Of a DNA stretch of 46,048 nt, positions 37,579-43,004 are shown piece after piece. The translations under genes and the position numbers were made by a program. Under the pieces are notes generated by a model, which was not told the DNA's origin, ran no database searches, and worked only from the letters and a program-made list of their open reading frames with translations. The DNA lies in contig JANOGR010000225.1 in the NCBI GenBank assembly GCA_031406095.1, positions 1 to 46,048 on the forward strand. Direction: 5' to 3'. The DNA comes from Ignavibacteriales bacterium. Lineage in GTDB: Bacteria > Bacteroidota > Ignavibacteria > UBA10030. Each line of letters begins with the position of its first letter. The stretch's first letter is position 1.

Positions 37579-37718
37579 AATGTTGAGCTAGAAAGACTTC
37601 AGGATGAGTGACGAGAAGCTATGGAGAAAGTGTCGGGGCGATGAGAACGTGCCTAATGTAGTCTTTGACCCACCGAATTGCAACGGAAAACATTCCCAGC
37701 CTGGTGGATAACTTTTTG

Positions 37719-37747
37719 TTGCTCATTTCAGCAAGAATGCCTATTTT
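37719..37747 (+). promoter_or_regulatory. Putative sigma70-type promoter for the GH38-like gene
   Basis: TTGCTC-17 nt-TATTTT about 40 nt upstream of ATG 37788. Confidence 0.45.
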
Positions 37748-37787
37748 CTTCCACTCTTTTCTAAAAACCGCAAAAAATCTGGAAAAA

Positions 37788-40700
37788 ATGACAGTCGATT
37801 TGTTGGATCAAATTCTCCCGCACGTCAAGGACGCGATCTATCCCGAGCGGCGCCCACTGCCAATCTGGAAATTCAAAGACGGAGACGTTCCGGCTGCCCA
37901 GAGTTCTTCCTTACGCTACACGGCCTGGCCGTCAACTCAAATTCCCCACCAATGGACCGGCGATAACAAGACGATTTGGTTCCGTCAGGAGGTGACCATT
38001 CCTCCAGACTTCATTGGCAAACCCCTCGCAGTTTTGCTGGATATACCGGAAGCGCTGCTTTTCGTTGACGGCAAGTTATTCCAGGGCCTCGATGAGCATC
38101 ACAGAGAATCGTTTCTGACCGAAAAAGGCAGGTCGAATCAGAGCTTCCTGTTCGCCATCCGGGCTTCCAGCGGGAGAAAACGCGGGATCAACTCCTTCAG
38201 CAACGCAGAACTTGTCGTCATCAATCGGACCGCGAGGGCATTGTATAACGGGTTAACAACGTTGCGGGAACTCGATAAGCTTGCAAGTCACGGGTCGCAG
38301 GAATCGAAAGACGTCCGTGAGTTGATTCGCCGAACACTCATTTTTCTGAAATACTTCAAGCCGGAAGGCGAGGAATACCCGAACGCCATCGGACGCGCAC
38401 ATAAATTCCTGACAACGTCAGTCGAGAGCGAGTTCAAAACCACGATTCCAGGCATGGTGCATCTTATCGCACAGTCGCGTTTGAATCCAGCCTGGCTTTG
38501 GACTATTCAAGAAACAAAACACAAGGCCGCAGCAACGTTCAGCAATGCGCTTCGTGTCCTGGAAGAATTCCCGGGGAGTACTTTTACACAAGGCCAGGCG
38601 TTTCTCTACGAGTTAGCGGGCCGTTCGTATCCTGACGTTCTCCGTCAGGTCAAGCTCAGGGTAGCCGAAGGACGATGGGAACCGGCGGGTTCCATGTGGG
38701 TTGAGCCCGACTGCAATATCCCTGGCGGAGAATCACTCATCAGGAACATCCTTCTGGGAAAAAAATATTTCAGAGCCGAGTTTGGCGTTGATTCGAGCGT
38801 TGCCTGGCTGCCGGATTCCCCCGGGTTCGCGTCAAACCTTCCACAGATCCTTCGCAGGTCCGGCTTTTCCTTCTTTTTCACGTCAAAGCCGCTCAAGAAC
38901 GACACAACGAAATTCCCACACAACTCTTTTTGGTGGGAAGGCCTCGATGGAACAAGGATTCTCAGCCACGTCCCGCCCGTCGGGGCCGAAGGGCAGTTGG
39001 AGCCCAAAGACATCAAGAAAACGTGGGATGATTTCACTCAGAAAGATGAAACTCCCATGGCCGCACAGACTTTCGGTTTTGGCAATGGGGGTGGCGGAAT
39101 TTCAGCAGACCAAATTGAAACCGGTAAAGTGATTGAAACAATTTCCGGGTTACCAACTTCAAAGATATCGAACGCAAGAGATTTTTTCACCGCTCTGGAA
39201 CTGCAGGCGAAAGCTTTGCCCGTTTGGGCCAAGGAACTGTATGTTGAGAAGAACAGGGGCACGTATTCGACTCAAGCCTGGATAAAACATGAGAATCGCA
39301 GGTGCGAGGGCCTCCTCTATCAGAGTGAGCTGTATGCATCTCTTGCCGCCATCATGGGAAAGTCGCCGCAGGTTCGCCGATACCCCGTGAAAGAACTCGA
39401 GAGAGCATGGAGTCTGTTGATTCAGAATCAAAGCAAGGAGATCGTCTCCGGCACATCCATCTCCGATGTGTACAAGGACTCACGGAACGATTTCGCTGAG
39501 ATTCACACCCTTGGCGACAAAATTATTGACCGGTCTCTCAGCGCGTTTGTGGAGCCTTCAAGGAAAACCAAGGATCTTTCCTTCACGGCGTTCAATGCTC
39601 TCGGACATGAAAGAAATGAATACATCGAAGTGTCGTTTGAATCTTCGGAAAAGCTTTTCATGGTTAGAGACAATGAGGGAAACGTTGTCGAGAATCAGTT
39701 TCTTGACCGCTCGCGCGGCACTGTGACCTTGCTTTGTTACCTTCGGAGCATTCAGCCATTTTCCTCGAAATCATTTGTCGTAACTCCCATTCCAGGAAAA
39801 GCCGAGGCTCCGGAGCCATGGAAAACTTCGAATAGGATCATTGAATCCCCTTTCTACAGGATTCGACTGGATAAGAAGGGCGGCATCAGCTCCATCTATG
39901 ACAGACAATTGCGGCGCGAACTTGTGGAGCGCGGCAAACGGGCAAACCTCCTGCAGACCTTCAAAGATGTTCCCGAACAGGCAGACGTGTGGGAACTTGA
40001 ACCGGGGTTCGACCGGCATAAGCTGGACTCATTCGTCCTGAGATCCTTCAAATTCGCCGAAACCGGGCCGCTTCGGGCACGTATCCGATTCGAATACCGG
40101 TCTGAGCGAGGCTCATCGATTATCCAGGACATGATGCTCTATCACCAGGAGAAGCGTATCGATTTCGCCACCCGGGTCAGCTGGCGGGAACAACGAACTT
40201 TGCTCAAAGCTGTTTTTCCACTGAACATCAAGTCACACGTCGCGACGTTCGAGACTCAGTTTGGCGTTATCGCTCGAACAACAAGACCGAGAGAAGACAT
40301 CGATAAGGCGAAGTTTGAAGTGCCGGTTCAACAGTGGTTCGACTTTTCAGAACCGAAACTCGGCGTGAGCATTCTGAACGACGGCAAGTACGGATGCGAT
40401 GCGCTGCACAACGTGTTGCGGCTTACGCTCATACGGTCTCCTCTCTACCCTCACCCAAACGAGCCATGGAGACTGAACGACGACAAATGCACCGACCAGG
40501 GAGAGCATAAGTTCACCTATTCGCTCTACCCGCATGCCAGTGACTGGAAAAAAGGCCGGACGATCCAGCAGGCACGGTCGCTGAACATACCCCTGAAGCT
40601 CGTTGCACACTCCGTCGGAACGATGCGCTCAGTCCCTCTCATGCTGTCCAAATCCAATGTCATTGTCAGTTGCCTGAAGAAGGCTGAGGATTTGGACGAC

Positions 40701-40898
40701 TTTGTCCTTCGGCTGTACGAGTCGTTCGGCGAGTCAACAGATTGTGCTGTCAAATTCGGATTCACGGTAAAATCGGCCGTTGAATGCGATTTGATGGAAA
40801 ATCACTTGAAGGAAATGAAGGTTTCCAAGGGAAAACTGGCGCTGAGGTTCAAACCGTTCGAGATCAAAACGTTGAAGTTGGTGTTCAGGAAGAAATGA
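37788..40898 (+). CDS. Glycoside hydrolase family 38 (alpha-mannosidase)-like protein with degenerate active site
   Basis: AWLW, GRWEPAGSMWVEPDCNIPGGESLIR, WLPD, FWWEGLDGTRIL, ELY.E..RGTY, LNDGKYG, RLTLIRSP, DQGEH.FTY and LRLYE motifs. Metal-binding and acid/base residues are substituted (see findings). ATG 37788 preferred. Confidence 0.9.
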   Translation: MTVDLLDQILPHVKDAIYPERRPLPIWKFKDGDVPAAQSSSLRYTAWPSTQIPHQWTGDNKTIWFRQEVTIPPDFIGKPLAVLLDIPEALLFVDGKLFQGLDEHHRESFLTEKGRSNQSFLFAIRASSGRKRGINSFSNAELVVINRTARALYNGLTTLRELDKLASHGSQESKDVRELIRRTLIFLKYFKPEGEEYPNAIGRAHKFLTTSVESEFKTTIPGMVHLIAQSRLNPAWLWTIQETKHKAAATFSNALRVLEEFPGSTFTQGQAFLYELAGRSYPDVLRQVKLRVAEGRWEPAGSMWVEPDCNIPGGESLIRNILLGKKYFRAEFGVDSSVAWLPDSPGFASNLPQILRRSGFSFFFTSKPLKNDTTKFPHNSFWWEGLDGTRILSHVPPVGAEGQLEPKDIKKTWDDFTQKDETPMAAQTFGFGNGGGGISADQIETGKVIETISGLPTSKISNARDFFTALELQAKALPVWAKELYVEKNRGTYSTQAWIKHENRRCEGLLYQSELYASLAAIMGKSPQVRRYPVKELERAWSLLIQNQSKEIVSGTSISDVYKDSRNDFAEIHTLGDKIIDRSLSAFVEPSRKTKDLSFTAFNALGHERNEYIEVSFESSEKLFMVRDNEGNVVENQFLDRSRGTVTLLCYLRSIQPFSSKSFVVTPIPGKAEAPEPWKTSNRIIESPFYRIRLDKKGGISSIYDRQLRRELVERGKRANLLQTFKDVPEQADVWELEPGFDRHKLDSFVLRSFKFAETGPLRARIRFEYRSERGSSIIQDMMLYHQEKRIDFATRVSWREQRTLLKAVFPLNIKSHVATFETQFGVIARTTRPREDIDKAKFEVPVQQWFDFSEPKLGVSILNDGKYGCDALHNVLRLTLIRSPLYPHPNEPWRLNDDKCTDQGEHKFTYSLYPHASDWKKGRTIQQARSLNIPLKLVAHSVGTMRSVPLMLSKSNVIVSCLKKAEDLDDFVLRLYESFGESTDCAVKFGFTVKSAVECDLMENHLKEMKVSKGKLALRFKPFEIKTLKLVFRKK

Positions 40899-40991
40899 AG
40901 GAGGGATTTGGCATTCCCGCGGAGGAGGAAATTCCTGTGCGAACTTCGCTATTAAGTGAGCAAAATTTCTTATGAAAACAAACCGCAAAAA

Positions 40992-41027
40992 CTCCTCCCC
41001 TTTTAGGGGAGGATGAAAGGTGGGGTC
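40992..41027 (-). repeat. Hairpin repeat (left arm) flanking DUF559 gene
   Basis: Minus strand GACCCCACC-TTTCA-TCCTCCCCT-AAA-AGGGGAGGA: a tail plus a 9-bp stem. Confidence 0.75.
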
Positions 41028-41031
41028 TACT

Positions 41032-41430
41032 TCAAGACCCACCTTTGTCCCGAATCCTAGCGCGCACTTGTTCGAGAATATCATCTGCAAGAGCGTCGGT
41101 TTGCTCCATCACTTCCGAGTTCGAATATCTTAAGACTTTGATACCCTGTTGTTCTAAATCTGAGTCACGTTCCTCATCATTCCGAGTCCCCTCATCGTTA
41201 TAGTGTCCAGCTCCATCTACTTCAACGTTGAGTTTAGCTTCGTGGCAATAGAAATCCAGAACGTGCCTGCCGATTGGAAACTGTCTTCGGAATTTCACTC
41301 CAAGCTGATTGTCGCGAAGACATGACCACAGTTTCTTTTCTGCATCTGTCATTCCTCGTCGCAAAGTACGAGCAACCGAAACTAAACGGCTTGAATATTT
41401 CGGGAAGTGTCTTTGCAAAAGCGACCTCAC
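41032..41430 (-). CDS. DUF559 / Vsr-like endonuclease domain protein
   Basis: ARTLRRGMTDAEKKLW..LR, KFRRQFPIG, DFYC, VEVDG..H and RD..L...GIKVLR motifs. The exact start is uncertain. Confidence 0.9.
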   Translation of the reverse strand: MRSLLQRHFPKYSSRLVSVARTLRRGMTDAEKKLWSCLRDNQLGVKFRRQFPIGRHVLDFYCHEAKLNVEVDGAGHYNDEGTRNDEERDSDLEQQGIKVLRYSNSEVMEQTDALADDILEQVRARIRDKGGS

Positions 41431-41493
41431 CCTGCCTACCGAACGGAAAGCGTTCGTCCGGCAGGCAGGCTACCCTCTCCTAAGAGGAGAGGA
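41423..41493 (+). repeat. Hairpin repeat (right arm) flanking DUF559 gene, interrupted by a nested CCTGCC...GGCAGG palindrome
   Basis: GACCTCAC-[CCTGCCTACC-GAACGGAAAGCGTTCGTCC-GGCAGGCAGG]-CTAC-CCTCTCCT-AAG-AGGAGAGG-A, inverted relative to the left arm. Confidence 0.72.
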
Positions 41494-41560
41494 AAAGTTT
41501 AAAGTAGAATTCGAATTTTCGCCAGCCCGTCGGCGGTGTGGGATTTCGGGAGTAATAACT

Positions 41561-42856
41561 TCACTTCAACAGCATCATCCGCTTTACGCTGCTGAAGCTT
41601 GATTCCCTCGACTCACCTGTCACTGCGATGCGATAGAAATAAGCCCCTGTGCTGAGGTTCCTCCCATCCAGTTTCGCCTCGTAAAACCCCGGACCCTGTT
41701 CTGCTTCAACGAGTGTCGCCACTTCTTGGCCCAGCAGGCTGTACACCTTCAGTGAAACACGGTATAAGCTAGAACTTCCCGGTATCGAGTAGCGGACCAT
41801 GGTCTCCGGGTTGAATGGGTTGGGATAGTTCTGATAAACAATAAACTCTGACGGTCCTGATTGAAGCAATTCTGCCACTTTCGTTGCGCTTTGTTGTAAG
41901 AACCATGCTGTTGCTGTCGGATCGCTCTTGAAAAAATTTAGCAGCAGGTCCGCAACCTTTTGGCGGCCGCTTGTTGATGGATGTGTCCCGTCGCTCTGTA
42001 AATCGCTGCACTGCCAGGTCAGCCCATCAATTCGTGGTGTCGTCCCATCGGCCCATAGATAAGGACCCCACGCGAGCCAGGGTGCCTGAGGATTGGAACC
42101 TGTTGCTGCCAGGGTAGAATCACCGTTGATTTGTTTTTCTATGAGCCACTTCACGGCAAATCCGGATTCATATGCATAGGGCTCAGGATTCAACGTTGTC
42201 GACGCGTATCCCGCATAGATTCTGCTGGAATAGTACGCGATCTTGATGTTCGGATACTTGGCTTTCAGGTTTCGCGCGATTGACTCATAGTTGGCTTGCA
42301 GCATTTGGGCATGAACCGGAAATGCCTGAGTTGGACCGGCGTTAGCTCCTTTCACCCAAGCTGCCTGAACCTGTTGACCCGTTACTCCTGCAGCCGCGAG
42401 TCGCTGGTCAAAAACAGTCCAGAAATTGGCATTCGGGTCTGAAATGACCGAAGCCGTTTGTCCGCCCTGAGCCCCGTCGACTATAACAAGCTGTGGATTC
42501 TTTGAGGGGTCGGCATTTGCAATCGAAACGAATGTCGAGAATTCCTGAGTGGTATTCGACATCCCGATCGAAACCAGAACAATCTTCCCGTTCGTAAGAT
42601 CCTCAACGCCGCTGGAGTTTAATGGCTTGATTTGCTGGACGAGTGCACGGCCAATGGAGTCATGAGTCGCGGGACGCTGATTCTGTCCGTTTGGGTAAAG
42701 TCCGCCGGCGTAATTTTTGTATAAACCCGTCCCAAGTTCGGTGAGCGGCTTAAACCCCACCGATGGTATCGAACAGTTTTGCCGCGCAACAAGTGTATCG
42801 TATTGCAGGAAGGCAACAATTGTAAAAAAGATGAATGTGACTTTTCTCCGCCTCAT
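41561..42856 (-). CDS. Secreted SGNH-hydrolase-like protein with T9SS-type C-terminal domain
   Basis: Signal peptide, VSIGMSN / GAQGG / DGTHP resembling SGNH blocks I, II and V, and C-terminal QNYPNPFNPET...TGAYFY...KRMMLLK. Confidence 0.75.
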   Translation of the reverse strand: MRRRKVTFIFFTIVAFLQYDTLVARQNCSIPSVGFKPLTELGTGLYKNYAGGLYPNGQNQRPATHDSIGRALVQQIKPLNSSGVEDLTNGKIVLVSIGMSNTTQEFSTFVSIANADPSKNPQLVIVDGAQGGQTASVISDPNANFWTVFDQRLAAAGVTGQQVQAAWVKGANAGPTQAFPVHAQMLQANYESIARNLKAKYPNIKIAYYSSRIYAGYASTTLNPEPYAYESGFAVKWLIEKQINGDSTLAATGSNPQAPWLAWGPYLWADGTTPRIDGLTWQCSDLQSDGTHPSTSGRQKVADLLLNFFKSDPTATAWFLQQSATKVAELLQSGPSEFIVYQNYPNPFNPETMVRYSIPGSSSLYRVSLKVYSLLGQEVATLVEAEQGPGFYEAKLDGRNLSTGAYFYRIAVTGESRESSFSSVKRMMLLK

Positions 42857-42878
42857 TGTTTATCCATTTCTCATGGTG

Positions 42879-42908
42879 AAGATACGAAAGGAGTTGATCA
42901 AGAAACAA
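42879..42908 (-). promoter_or_regulatory. Putative sigma70-type promoter for the T9SS-cargo gene
   Basis: Minus strand TTGTTT-18 nt-TATCTT about 22 nt upstream of the ATG. Confidence 0.45.
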
Positions 42909-42947
42909 TCGCTACTGGATGGTAATGCGGAAGTTGTGCTGCAGATC

Positions 42948-42986
42948 AAACTTGTCCAGCGAAATGACATTTCGCTGGACAAGTTT
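42948..42986. repeat. Perfect 39-nt palindrome (REP-like; possible terminator of GH31 gene)
   Basis: AAACTTGTCCAGCGAAATG-A-CATTTCGCTGGACAAGTTT: 19-bp perfect arms, 18 nt after the GH31 stop. Confidence 0.8.
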
Positions 42987-43004
42987 ACTGGCTACCACCC
43001 AGAA

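Noticed and set aside
37704-37712. DnaA-box-like sequence (TTATCCACC on the minus strand) in the divergent intergenic region
   Set aside because: A single one-mismatch box with no cluster or unwinding element, so not an origin
40935-41525. Possible outer TIRs around the DUF559 cassette (CTGTGCGAACTTCG vs CTGGCGAAAATTCG)
   Set aside because: Only 9/14 identity and no target-site duplication seen, too weak to call
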